From assembly GCA_048886685.1 (NCBI GenBank), contig JBHLKM010000009.1, positions 64,001 to 128,000 of the forward strand: 64,000 bases of DNA, given 5' to 3'. The translations under genes and the position numbers were made by a program. Positions within the stretch are counted from its first letter, which is position 1, and each line of letters begins with the position of its first letter. Source of the DNA: Candidatus Hodarchaeota archaeon. Its GTDB lineage: Archaea > Asgardarchaeota > Lokiarchaeia > Sigyniarchaeales > SOKP01. Shown here piece by piece: positions 40,641-50,567 of the stretch. The notes under the pieces were generated by a model that searched no databases, was not told the DNA's origin, and saw nothing but the letters and a program-made list of their open reading frames with translations.

Positions 40641-40791
40641 TAAGGAATATGTATATCTAATCTCCATTTTATGGGAAAAAAAAGTGAAAAAATGTAAGGA
40701 TGTTATCCAATTACATTTAAACTATATTATGGATAATTTCGGAAATAATTAAATCTCAAAAAATTAATTATCTGTTTTATTTTATTAGTTA

Positions 40792-42231
40792 ATGACTGAG
40801 CACAGCAGTTCTCAATTAAATATTAAGGATATTTCATTCATTAATAATATTAAATCTATTGCAGTAATAGGACCATCAAAAAAAAGGAATTATTATTTTT
40901 TGAGAAATCACGCTGCAGATTTTAGGGGAAATGTATATGCTGTACATCCTTCAGCCAAAGAAATTCCTGATTATGATCCAAATAAGATCTTCTCTTCTTT
41001 AAGAGAAATTCCTGAAAATATTGATTATGTCTGGGTTTCAGTAGCCCGTTCTCAGATCCTAGGTGTAATAGATGATTGCGTAGATAAAGGGGTAAAGCTT
41101 ATTACTATTTTTGCTTCTGAGTTTTCTGATTCTGGAACAGAAGAAGGGATAGAATTAGAGAGAGAGGTATTAAAAAGAGCTCAGAATAAAGTAAGAATTC
41201 TAGGACCAAATGGGATGGGTTTATTTTATCCAAAAATAGGAATTGCTTGGCGTCCAGGATTCCCTACTACAGCAGGAACCATTGGTTTCATCGCTCAATC
41301 AGGAGGGATGTGTAATATTGCAATATATGGAGCAAATGCATTAGGAATTAACTATTCTAAGGTATTTTCTTTTGGAAATGGAGCTGATCTCGATATTGTC
41401 GATCTTCTATATTTTTTAAGTAAAGATCCTGAGACAAGTATTATTTTATGTTATTTAGAAGGAATAAAAGAGAATAGAATAGATGATTTAAAAGTAGTAC
41501 TTAAGCAAAATGCAAAACCTGTAATTATACTTAAGGGAGGTAAGTCAAAATCTGGCTCAATTGCTGCTAAAACTCATACTGCTTCAATTTCAGGAGATAA
41601 TCAACTGTGGACATCCTTCTTTAAACAAAATAATATAATTGAAGTGGATTCTTTAGAGCAACTATTAAATACAGCTCGATTAGTTGATTATTATGGCGTT
41701 TTTAAGCTTAACAATGTGGCAGTTTGCAGTGTAAGTGGAGGATATGGAGTAGTTTTAGTAGATTTATTAGAAAGATATGGAATAAAGGTTCCTTCTTTTA
41801 GTTCAAATACTCAAGAAAAGCTAAAATCAAAATTTTTCATGCCTGGAACAAGTCCAAAGAATCCATTAGATTTAGCAGCACATTTCTTTTTTGAAAATTT
41901 CGTTCATGATGTCGTAGAGATTGTTTTATCAGATAGTATTATAGATGGATTAATCTTAGATATGCCAAGTTTTTATTTAACACCATTTTTTTCGAGATCC
42001 AGATATAATCAATCTTTTGAATTAAAAATGATTGAGATTTTTAGTTTGGGACATAAATATAATAAGCCTATCATTCCAATTATTCAGCGATTGAATCGTC
42101 CAAAAGACAGAGAGAGAGTTTATGGTAAGTTGGTGAAGAAAAAAGTCCCGATGTTTGGAGATCCTTTAGAATTTATCCCTCTCCTGCAAAAAATTTCAGA
42201 ATATAAAAGAAAACAAAGAAAATATAATTAA
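40792..42231 (+). CDS. ADP-forming acyl-CoA synthetase alpha subunit
   Basis: ILGPNGMG, AQSGG, THTAS phospho-His, NPLD. Confidence 0.85.
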   Translation: MTEHSSSQLNIKDISFINNIKSIAVIGPSKKRNYYFLRNHAADFRGNVYAVHPSAKEIPDYDPNKIFSSLREIPENIDYVWVSVARSQILGVIDDCVDKGVKLITIFASEFSDSGTEEGIELEREVLKRAQNKVRILGPNGMGLFYPKIGIAWRPGFPTTAGTIGFIAQSGGMCNIAIYGANALGINYSKVFSFGNGADLDIVDLLYFLSKDPETSIILCYLEGIKENRIDDLKVVLKQNAKPVIILKGGKSKSGSIAAKTHTASISGDNQLWTSFFKQNNIIEVDSLEQLLNTARLVDYYGVFKLNNVAVCSVSGGYGVVLVDLLERYGIKVPSFSSNTQEKLKSKFFMPGTSPKNPLDLAAHFFFENFVHDVVEIVLSDSIIDGLILDMPSFYLTPFFSRSRYNQSFELKMIEIFSLGHKYNKPIIPIIQRLNRPKDRERVYGKLVKKKVPMFGDPLEFIPLLQKISEYKRKQRKYN

Positions 42232-42256
42232 CTATTATCTTTAATTTAAATAATTT

Positions 42257-43429
42257 CTAGGCCCCATTTTGTAATAATTTCATGAGGACTACATTAAAAT
42301 CCAAAACATCTATTGCTAAGTTATGTTTATTAGTCACTTCACGGAATTGATACTCACAAAATGGACATGAAGTAAGTAAGGTACGTCCTCCTAACTCCTC
42401 TATTTCCTTTAATCTTTTTAAGGTAGTTATCTCCGCTAATTCTGGAAAGGCAGAGCGTACACCTGAACCTGAACCGCAACAATTAGTGTCTTGACGGTTT
42501 TGTTTGAATTCCAAAAAAGGTATATTAAGTGTATTTAAAATAGTTCGCGGTTCTTCATATATCTCGAGACCTCGAGCCAAATGACATGGATCATGCCAAA
42601 TAATTGGACTCTTAATTTTATTGCTTAGTAAAGTTTTAACCTTTTGTTCAAGGTCCCCTAATTTCGAGATTTTATCAAGTAGATATTGAGTAAAGTGTAA
42701 TAACTTTGTAGTTCCAAATTTCTCTCCTAATTGTGATTTGAAAATCTCTTTAAAGGAAGTTAAGCATCCAGGGCAAGTAAAAATAATTTGTTTGGGTGGT
42801 TTTTTATGCAATTCATCAAACATTGGTTTAAGAATTTCTGCTAATTCTTCAGTATGACCAATCCTGTATAAAATCCCTGAACAACATGTTTCATCTTTTA
42901 ATACTCTTATCTCCTCTCCTAAAATTTTACATAATTTTATACTATTTAACGCAATTTCAGGAGTTCGATAAATTGCCATACATCCTGGAAAATAAACAGT
43001 TTCAGCATCAACATTATTTCTCAAATCTTCCCATTCTTGAGCTCTAGGTGCTTTTTCTCCAAAAGGATTACCATATTTTTTAATATTTTCAACAATTTTT
43101 ACGTGCGGTTTGGGGTAATTGTCAGCATCTACTAATAATTTCTTACCAGTGTAAATGATTTCTGGTACATTGACGCCAGATGGACAAATATAATAACAAT
43201 GAGCACATCCTGTACAAGAAAAAAGCCTCTCCTTCGCTAACTCACTATTTTGAAATCTTAGATGGGGATTTTTGATCATACCATGCACAATACTCAGTTT
43301 TCCTCGAGCATAAGAGCTTTCCCAGCGTCCATCGTCATCAAATGCAGGGCATTCAAGATCTTTAGGACAGAAACCACATAAGCTACATTTCCAGACTATC
43401 CCCATAATATCTTCTTCATTCATCTTCAA
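42257..43429 (-). CDS. Fe-S oxidoreductase with 4Fe-4S and CCG domains (GlcF/HdrD-like)
   Basis: CSLCGFC, CTGCAHC..ICP, FPGC, CCS, CPGC, HDPC, CCG, CPFC. Confidence 0.85.
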   Translation of the reverse strand: MKMNEEDIMGIVWKCSLCGFCPKDLECPAFDDDGRWESSYARGKLSIVHGMIKNPHLRFQNSELAKERLFSCTGCAHCYYICPSGVNVPEIIYTGKKLLVDADNYPKPHVKIVENIKKYGNPFGEKAPRAQEWEDLRNNVDAETVYFPGCMAIYRTPEIALNSIKLCKILGEEIRVLKDETCCSGILYRIGHTEELAEILKPMFDELHKKPPKQIIFTCPGCLTSFKEIFKSQLGEKFGTTKLLHFTQYLLDKISKLGDLEQKVKTLLSNKIKSPIIWHDPCHLARGLEIYEEPRTILNTLNIPFLEFKQNRQDTNCCGSGSGVRSAFPELAEITTLKRLKEIEELGGRTLLTSCPFCEYQFREVTNKHNLAIDVLDFNVVLMKLLQNGA

Positions 43430-44913
43430 GCATCCTCCAAATTATCTAAAAAATTTAAAAGTTTTTTAGGGAATGAATACAACTTACCGGGATTTAAGAT
43501 ATTGTTTGGATCAAATATTTTTTTTATCTTTCTCATAATATCAATGGCATCTGTTCCATGTTCTAGGGGTAAATAAGGAGCTTTCCACACTCCACAACCA
43601 TGTTCAGCTGTCACCGAACCACCTAATGAAATTGCAAATTTTACTAATTCATTTTGTATTGAACTTAGTTTCTTTATATCATCATTAGATGTAATAGGAA
43701 TAGAACAGATTAAATGAACATTGCCATCACCTAAATGACCCATTCTAATACTTCCCAATTTATTCGCTTCCATAATCTTACCATATTTTTGCATTAATTC
43801 ATTGATCTTGCTAAATGGGACTGAAAAGTCTAAACTTGCGGGTAAATAAGTGCCTACATTTTGCACCGAAGGAGAAAGACGACCTATCGCAGGACCAGCA
43901 CCGTTTCTGGCGTTCCATAGGTATTCATGTTTAACACCTTCAAAAATTTCAGTGTTCGATGAAGATTTATCTTGTAAAAGTAACTCACTAATTTTATTGG
44001 CTTGAGTAGAAGTTATTTCATTATTCCCATCAAGTCTGATAAGAAGTGTTGCCTCTGCGTTTTTTAATGAAATTTTAGGTGTCAATCTTGCTAAATATGC
44101 ATTCATTCCCATGAGAGTTATTCGATCTACGAGTTCAAGGGACATAGGAGTTAATACTTCTTTAATTTTCTTGGCTGAGTTGACTGCCATTTCGATAGAA
44201 TCAAAAGACCCAATTACAGTCTTGAAACTCTCGGGAAGAGCTAGAAATTGAAGTGTAGCTTCGGTTATTATCCCTAAAGTTCCTTCAGACCCAACAAATA
44301 AGTTAAGTAAATCTAATCCAGAGACGGATTTTTTTACTAGCGTTCCAAACTGAAGGCTTTGTCCTGTTCCTAAAATAGCTTTTAGATTTAAAACATAATC
44401 CTTTGTTGTTCCGTACTTTATAACAGATTCACCAGAAGCATCATTTGCAATCATTCCTCCAATAGTACATACATCGGCAGATCCGGGATTACAAGGGATC
44501 CAATAACCTTTTTCAGTATTCTGTAACTTTTTACCAAGATCTATATAAAGTACTCCAGGTTCTACAACCGCATAATTATCGTCTGTATTTATTTCTAATA
44601 TTTTATTCATTCGAGTAAAATCTAAGATCAAACCGCCCTCTATTGGTAAGAATTGACCCCCAAAACTGGTTCCCGCACCACGTGGTATTATCTTTAGATG
44701 TTCTACATTGGCTAAATCTACTATTTCTTTAATTTGATCAGCATTTTGGGGTTTTATAACCATATCTGCCTTTAATTCATAATCTTCTTTAACCCAACTT
44801 AGAGCCCGGCTAAAACTATCATGAGAGTAACAATAAATTTCTACAGGATCATCTGTTATGTATTTTTCTCCAACAATACTTTTTAACTTTGATTTGACTG
44901 AATTATCTAACAT
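43426..44913 (-). CDS. FAD-linked oxidoreductase (GlcD / D-lactate dehydrogenase-like)
   Basis: PRGAGT, GSEGTLG, HLGDGNVH, AEHG.G, FDPNNILNPGK; overlaps the Fe-S gene by 4 nt. Confidence 0.88.
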   Translation of the reverse strand: MLDNSVKSKLKSIVGEKYITDDPVEIYCYSHDSFSRALSWVKEDYELKADMVIKPQNADQIKEIVDLANVEHLKIIPRGAGTSFGGQFLPIEGGLILDFTRMNKILEINTDDNYAVVEPGVLYIDLGKKLQNTEKGYWIPCNPGSADVCTIGGMIANDASGESVIKYGTTKDYVLNLKAILGTGQSLQFGTLVKKSVSGLDLLNLFVGSEGTLGIITEATLQFLALPESFKTVIGSFDSIEMAVNSAKKIKEVLTPMSLELVDRITLMGMNAYLARLTPKISLKNAEATLLIRLDGNNEITSTQANKISELLLQDKSSSNTEIFEGVKHEYLWNARNGAGPAIGRLSPSVQNVGTYLPASLDFSVPFSKINELMQKYGKIMEANKLGSIRMGHLGDGNVHLICSIPITSNDDIKKLSSIQNELVKFAISLGGSVTAEHGCGVWKAPYLPLEHGTDAIDIMRKIKKIFDPNNILNPGKLYSFPKKLLNFLDNLEDA

Positions 44914-45291
44914 AAATCTTCAATTTGAGTTTTAATTCCAATTAATTTAAGTAAGAAAGTATTATAAAAAAAATCAAGTATTATTTTTACCTTTTTTTAT
45001 CTCTTAATCTCCCCATTTATCATCACTATCGTCAAAAGCTTTCTTTTAGCTTTCACTAAACCTCTTTTTCATGAAATCTTCTGAATGTTTTTGATACCAC
45101 GCAAAAATTGCATTAAACCTGTTTAAAACATTTTTAATACTTTTTAGTCAAATTAGTGGAAATACTTTATTAACAAAATAAAAAACTTTAATTTCATTAA
45201 ACCTTAAACACAATTACTTAGTAGGTTTCGATTTAAAAACCTTAAATCACTGCAGATAAAATAAATTTAAGTAAATTTAGGGTAATAGAAT

Positions 45292-45744
45292 TTGCCAGTA
45301 TTTAGAGCTGATTTATATCTGAGAATCAAAATTTCAGATTTTGATTTAGTAAATTCAAGTGAAAAATTCTTAGAGATTTTAGAAAAATCATCTTGGTTGC
45401 GCAATATTCAAATGACAAAAGTCAGACAAGACAAAGAATTGCATGGAAGAATGGCAATTAATGAATGGTATGAAATTTCCGGTTCTATAGATGTCCCTGA
45501 GGGGAGTAAATCTTTCTGGGTTCTTTCAAAACAATTCTCTCAAGATGAGCCCTATAATTTTTTTGTGAGAATAGATCGGAATATTGAAGCGGAGGATTAT
45601 GATAGGGCTCAAAAAAAAGCTGCTGACTGGATAAAGGAGATATTAATTGAATCTATAAAAAAGGAATTTCTCGTTGATAATATTGAGGTTGAACCACCAA
45701 TAAATTTAAGAAAACAAGTATATCTAATGAGGGAATCAAAATGA
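45292..45744 (+). CDS. Hypothetical protein coupled to tfrA
   Basis: 150 aa, ATGA overlap with the next gene. Confidence 0.65.
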   Translation: MPVFRADLYLRIKISDFDLVNSSEKFLEILEKSSWLRNIQMTKVRQDKELHGRMAINEWYEISGSIDVPEGSKSFWVLSKQFSQDEPYNFFVRIDRNIEAEDYDRAQKKAADWIKEILIESIKKEFLVDNIEVEPPINLRKQVYLMRESK

Positions 45745-47450
45745 ATTTTGAAATTATAGATACGGATGTTTTAATTGTAGGTGCAGGAGGTGCAGGATGT
45801 CGAGCAGCAATTGCAGCTTCAGAATTAAATCAAGATGTTCTTATCATAACGAAAGATATTTTAGGTAAAGCCCATACAGTTATGGCGGAGGGTGGATACA
45901 ATGCTGCTTTAGCAAACCTAGATCCTGATGATTCATGGGAAATACATGTACGCGATACATTAAATGCAGGAGCTTTTCTTAATGATCAGGAACTTGTTGA
46001 AACTCTCGCAAAAAAGGCTCCAGATCGGGTCTTTGATCTTGAAAGTTTTGGAGGAATATTTTCTCGTACACCAGATGGATTAATTATGCAACGTCCTTTT
46101 GGACATCAAACTTATCGAAGAACTTGTTATGCAGGAGATAGAACTGGTCATGAAATGTTAGGAACACTTACTGACGAATTAAGAAAAAGGGAAATCACGA
46201 TAATAGATGAAGTTTATGCAACATCACTTCTATGGGATAATAACCATGTAGCAGGAGTCACAATTATAGATATTAAATCAGGGATTTTTAAAGTAATTAG
46301 AGCATCTTCTGTTGTTATGGCAGCAGGAGGTGCGGGTAGAATTTATGAAACTACAACTAATGCTCAAGCTGATGTAGGGAGCGGTTATTCAATTGCTTAT
46401 AGAGCTGGTGTAGAGCTTATTGATATGGAACAGTTTCAATTCCATCCTACAGGAGTAGCTGTACCTCCCTCAGCCAGGGGTCGTCTTGTCACTGAAGGTG
46501 TTAGAGGTGAAGGAGGGATACTCTTAAATAAAGATGGTGAGCGATTTATGAAAATATATAATCCTAAATCAATGGAATTGGCTGGTCGGGATGAAGTCGC
46601 CAGATCCATCGCAACCGAGATTCGAGAAGGACGTGGAACCGAGAATGGGGCTGTATATCTAGATATTTCATTTATACCGTCTAAAATTATAGAAGAAAGA
46701 CTCCCTACAATGTTAGAGGATTTTCTCGATATTGGTTTAGATATTAGAGATGAACCAATGGAGGTTACTCCCACTGCACACCATATGATGGGGGGAATTA
46801 AAATTAATAAAAATACAGAGACAAATCTTAAAGGATTATATGCTGCGGGTGAAGTTGTTGGTTGTGTACATGGAGGTAATCGTCTTGGGGGAAATGCTCT
46901 TGCCGATACCCAAGTATTTGGACAAATAGCAGGAAATGTTGCTTCGATACATGCTAAAAGTGTCTCACCACCCAAACTTAATAGAAAAATTATAGATCAA
47001 GAATATTCTCGAGTTATAGCTCCTTTAGATCGAGAAGAGGGTATTGAAACTCCAAATGAAAAATCACAGCTCCAAAAATGCATGTGGGATAATGCAGGAA
47101 TATTCAGAAATGAAAAAGATCTTAAAGATGCTCTAAAATTCATAGAAAAACAACGAGAGCGAGTTATAACTCAGTTAATGGTGAAAAATAAAGCAACTAG
47201 ATATAATACAGAATGGGTAAGTTCTTTAGAATTATATGATATGTTAGATGTATGCGAAATGCTTGTTCGTTCAGCAATTATGCGTAAAGAATCACGTGGG
47301 GCTCATTATCGAACTGATTATCCTACAGCAGATCATAAACAATGGCTCGCAAATATTATAATCAAAAATCAAAATCAACAGATGATATTAGAAAAGAGAC
47401 CTGTTATAATAACAAAATGGAAACCACCATGGATTGGCAATTCCATATGA
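45741..47450 (+). CDS. tfrA: Fumarate reductase flavoprotein, thiol:fumarate reductase A type
   Basis: GAGGAG, AHTVMAEGG, QFHPT, TEGVRGEG, HHMMGG, HGGNRLG, ESRGAH. Confidence 0.85.
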   Translation: MNFEIIDTDVLIVGAGGAGCRAAIAASELNQDVLIITKDILGKAHTVMAEGGYNAALANLDPDDSWEIHVRDTLNAGAFLNDQELVETLAKKAPDRVFDLESFGGIFSRTPDGLIMQRPFGHQTYRRTCYAGDRTGHEMLGTLTDELRKREITIIDEVYATSLLWDNNHVAGVTIIDIKSGIFKVIRASSVVMAAGGAGRIYETTTNAQADVGSGYSIAYRAGVELIDMEQFQFHPTGVAVPPSARGRLVTEGVRGEGGILLNKDGERFMKIYNPKSMELAGRDEVARSIATEIREGRGTENGAVYLDISFIPSKIIEERLPTMLEDFLDIGLDIRDEPMEVTPTAHHMMGGIKINKNTETNLKGLYAAGEVVGCVHGGNRLGGNALADTQVFGQIAGNVASIHAKSVSPPKLNRKIIDQEYSRVIAPLDREEGIETPNEKSQLQKCMWDNAGIFRNEKDLKDALKFIEKQRERVITQLMVKNKATRYNTEWVSSLELYDMLDVCEMLVRSAIMRKESRGAHYRTDYPTADHKQWLANIIIKNQNQQMILEKRPVIITKWKPPWIGNSI

Positions 47451-47453
47451 GGA

Positions 47454-49031
47454 GTGATAACAATGGTAGAAAAGCAAATTGTAAAGTTTAAAATTCTTCG
47501 GTATAATCCTGATGTTGACGATGAACCTTATTTCGTGAAATATGATATTCCCTATACTGGAACATTAGCTATTTTGGATGTCCTACAATATATATTTCAC
47601 AATATCGATTCTACTTTAGCTTATCGTTGGAATTGTAGGACTGGACAATGCGGTTCATGTGCTATTAATATTAATGGGATTCCAGGACTTGCCTGTCGAA
47701 CGGTTGTAAATCCCGCAACTAACTATGTTTTAGAACCTTTGTCTAACTTTCCAGTTATAAGGGATCTTGTTGTAGATCTCGGACCTGGTTTTAAACGTTT
47801 AGCAAAATTACGTCCATATTTAGAACGAACATCAGTACCTGATCTTCCAGAAAAACTTACAAGAGAGCAGATTTCGACATCTATGGATCTCAGATCTTGT
47901 ATTGAATGTTTTTCATGTTATGCTGCCTGTCCAGCGGTAGAATCTGCTAGACAAGAATTTTCAGGACCGATTTCCATGCGTGAATTGGCAAGTTTCGAAT
48001 TTGATCCTCGTGATGAAGGTGATCGTGTCCAAATAGCTGTGAGCAGTGGGATTTATGATTGTACTAGTTGTGGTTTATGTAAAGAAGTGTGTATTCCAAA
48101 GCATATCGATACTCGAAGGAAGGCAATAGAAGGTCTACGAGCTCGAGCGGTAGAACGTGGTATGGGTCCATTACAGGGGCATCAGAATTTTATTGACCAG
48201 ATTAAAAGCACAGGATATGCAATCGATGTAATTGATAAGCCTTTTACCGAACAAGTTCCAGATGTTATTAAGGTTGACAATCCTATTGATGAATTAATTT
48301 TTTTTCCAGGATGTTTAATAAACTTAAGACTTCAGCAGATAGGCCATAATATTATAGAAGTTCTAAAACGAAATCATATTCAAGTACATATACCAAAAGA
48401 TTTTGTTTGTTGCACTAGTGTAGCTTTTCGTACAGGTTCGCGAACTATAGCATATGATATGGTATTAAAGAATGTAGAATATTTTAGAAAGCTAGGAGTA
48501 ACCAAACTTGTAGGGCTCTGTCCGGGCTGTATGTCGACTATAAAACAAGATTGGCCCATTGTTCTACATGAACAGGGCAAAAAAGAGTATCAATTTGAAC
48601 CCTTTGATATTAATGAATATTTAATTAGAGAAATTGGTACTGAAAATTTAAATATCCAAGATTTGAAACCTCTTGAAATAAAAGTAACGTATCATGATCC
48701 ATGTCATTTAAATCGACATCAAGAAATCACTGAAGAGCCTCGTAAGTTATTGAGGTTAATCCCTGGAATTGAGTTTATAGACGTTGAGCAGAGTGATAGA
48801 TGTTGTGGAGCAGGAGGAGGTGTACGGGCGGGTCGAAGAGAACTTTCAGAGGAAATTTCAAGGATTAAATTAGATATACTAACTGAACCAAATCCAGATA
48901 TTATAGCAACTTCTTGTTCTTTTTGTTTCATTCAAATAGCAGATGCAATTAAACGCGCAGGCTCAAACACCAAGGTTATGAATGTTATAGACTTACTTGC
49001 TGCTTCTTATCGTGGTGAGAAATTGAAATAA
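47454..49031 (+). CDS. tfrB: Thiol:fumarate reductase subunit B (FrdB-like Fe-S domain fused to CCG domains)
   Basis: CRTGQCGSC, CIECFSC..ACP, CTSCGLC..VC, then FPGC/CC/CPGC and HDPC/CCG/CSFC. Confidence 0.85.
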   Translation: MITMVEKQIVKFKILRYNPDVDDEPYFVKYDIPYTGTLAILDVLQYIFHNIDSTLAYRWNCRTGQCGSCAININGIPGLACRTVVNPATNYVLEPLSNFPVIRDLVVDLGPGFKRLAKLRPYLERTSVPDLPEKLTREQISTSMDLRSCIECFSCYAACPAVESARQEFSGPISMRELASFEFDPRDEGDRVQIAVSSGIYDCTSCGLCKEVCIPKHIDTRRKAIEGLRARAVERGMGPLQGHQNFIDQIKSTGYAIDVIDKPFTEQVPDVIKVDNPIDELIFFPGCLINLRLQQIGHNIIEVLKRNHIQVHIPKDFVCCTSVAFRTGSRTIAYDMVLKNVEYFRKLGVTKLVGLCPGCMSTIKQDWPIVLHEQGKKEYQFEPFDINEYLIREIGTENLNIQDLKPLEIKVTYHDPCHLNRHQEITEEPRKLLRLIPGIEFIDVEQSDRCCGAGGGVRAGRRELSEEISRIKLDILTEPNPDIIATSCSFCFIQIADAIKRAGSNTKVMNVIDLLAASYRGEKLK

Positions 49032-49036
49032 AATTA

Positions 49037-49633
49037 TTAAATTCCTAATTTTTCATATATCTCTTTTTGGTTCTTTTCAACATCAATCTTCACTTGTTCA
49101 TATAAATTAGAACCATGAGAATCTATTGCGATTATCAAAGGGCCAAAACGTTTAACTTCCATAATCCATAATGCTTCAGGCATACCAAGATCTAACCAAG
49201 AAACCTCTAAAATTTTGTGTACCGCTTTTGCAGCTAATACTGCGGCTCCACCAATATAGGCTCCGTAAACAGCACCAACCTTTTGCATAGTTGCAGTCGT
49301 CTTGGGACCCATTCCTCCTTTTCCAATAATTACACGAGGTTTAAATGCTTCAAGAAACTCAGATTCAAACATTTCCATGCGAGTGCTTGTGGTTGGCCCT
49401 GCAGCGACAATTTCCCATATCCCCTCGACCTTACGAACAATAGGACCACAATGAAAAACAGCTAAACCAGATGGGTCTATTGGTAATAATTTCCCTTCTT
49501 TAAACCATTTTAATGCTCTCTCGTGTGCTTCATCCCTAGCAGTAAAAATAGTACCAGTAATATAGAGGATATCATTTGTATGTAATTTGCGAATATCCTC
49601 TTCAGATATTGGTGTAGTTAATTCATATTCCAT
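49037..49633 (-). CDS. Class I fumarate hydratase beta subunit
   Basis: TARD.AH, HCGP, GPTTS.RM, IGKGG, LGMPEA. Confidence 0.9.
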   Translation of the reverse strand: MEYELTTPISEEDIRKLHTNDILYITGTIFTARDEAHERALKWFKEGKLLPIDPSGLAVFHCGPIVRKVEGIWEIVAAGPTTSTRMEMFESEFLEAFKPRVIIGKGGMGPKTTATMQKVGAVYGAYIGGAAVLAAKAVHKILEVSWLDLGMPEALWIMEVKRFGPLIIAIDSHGSNLYEQVKIDVEKNQKEIYEKLGI

Positions 49634-49636
49634 AAT

Positions 49637-50515
49637 TTAATTCACCTCATGAGATGTAATAATTGTTTTTCCCTCTTTTGTAATAGTTGCTGATGCCCTT
49701 CTTGCTGCCCAACATTGAATTGCAAGCCCTACTGGAAATGAAGCAGGATGTCTCATGGTAGTCTCAATGTGGACATCTAAAACGGTTGTATCTCCACCTA
49801 AGCCCATAGGTCCTATCCCAGTTTGATTTAAAGCATCTAATAATTCTACTTCAATTTCTGCTATCCTTTCATTCGGATTACGTTGACCGATAGGGCGGAA
49901 AAGTTGTTCTTTTGCAATTTTCATACAAATATCAGCTCCACCACCAAGTCCTATCCCTATTATTGTAGGAGGACAAGGTTTTGCTCCTGCTTCAACAACT
50001 GCATCGATTACAAAACGCTTCATCCCTTTTATTCCTTGACCCGGTGTAAGCATTGTCAATTGAGACATGTTTTCAGATCCACCCCCCTTAGGAAAAACGG
50101 TAATTTCTAAATCAGTTCCATTATTAACCTTCCAATTAATCCATGGGATGCTTAAACCATCATTATCTCCAGGATTCTCATTCGTTAATGGATTTACTGT
50201 ATTAGGTCTTAAAGGAATCTCCTCTGTAGCTCTTCTAACTGAATTTCTAATAATTTCAGGTATTTGATCAATGAGAGGAAATTGTGCTCCAACGTTAACG
50301 TAAAAAATTTGAATTCCTGTATCCTGACAGATTGGTATTAAATGATTTTTAGCAAGTTTTACATTTTTTAGAATTGCTTCTAATTGATTTTTAGCCGTTA
50401 TGTTTCTTTCATTGTTAAAGGCTGTTTCAAGACTCTTAACAACATCATGAGGCAATTCTGTTACAGCTAGCCGCAAAAGTGATATTATTATTTCTTCTAA
50501 TTTGATAGCTTTCAT
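49637..50515 (-). CDS. Class I fumarate hydratase alpha subunit
   Basis: CQDTG, KGGGSEN, CPP, GIGPMGLGG, QCWA.R. Confidence 0.9.
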   Translation of the reverse strand: MKAIKLEEIIISLLRLAVTELPHDVVKSLETAFNNERNITAKNQLEAILKNVKLAKNHLIPICQDTGIQIFYVNVGAQFPLIDQIPEIIRNSVRRATEEIPLRPNTVNPLTNENPGDNDGLSIPWINWKVNNGTDLEITVFPKGGGSENMSQLTMLTPGQGIKGMKRFVIDAVVEAGAKPCPPTIIGIGLGGGADICMKIAKEQLFRPIGQRNPNERIAEIEVELLDALNQTGIGPMGLGGDTTVLDVHIETTMRHPASFPVGLAIQCWAARRASATITKEGKTIITSHEVN

Positions 50516-50567
50516 CTCTATATTCTCCTTTTAAATTACTTAATTTAAATTAAAATATATAATAATT

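Noticed and set aside
45004-45126. Protein-like minus-strand frame with an internal stop (LNRFNAIFAWYQKHSEDF...*KKAFDDSDDKWGD)
   Set aside because: Possibly a gene remnant, but I cannot assign a family
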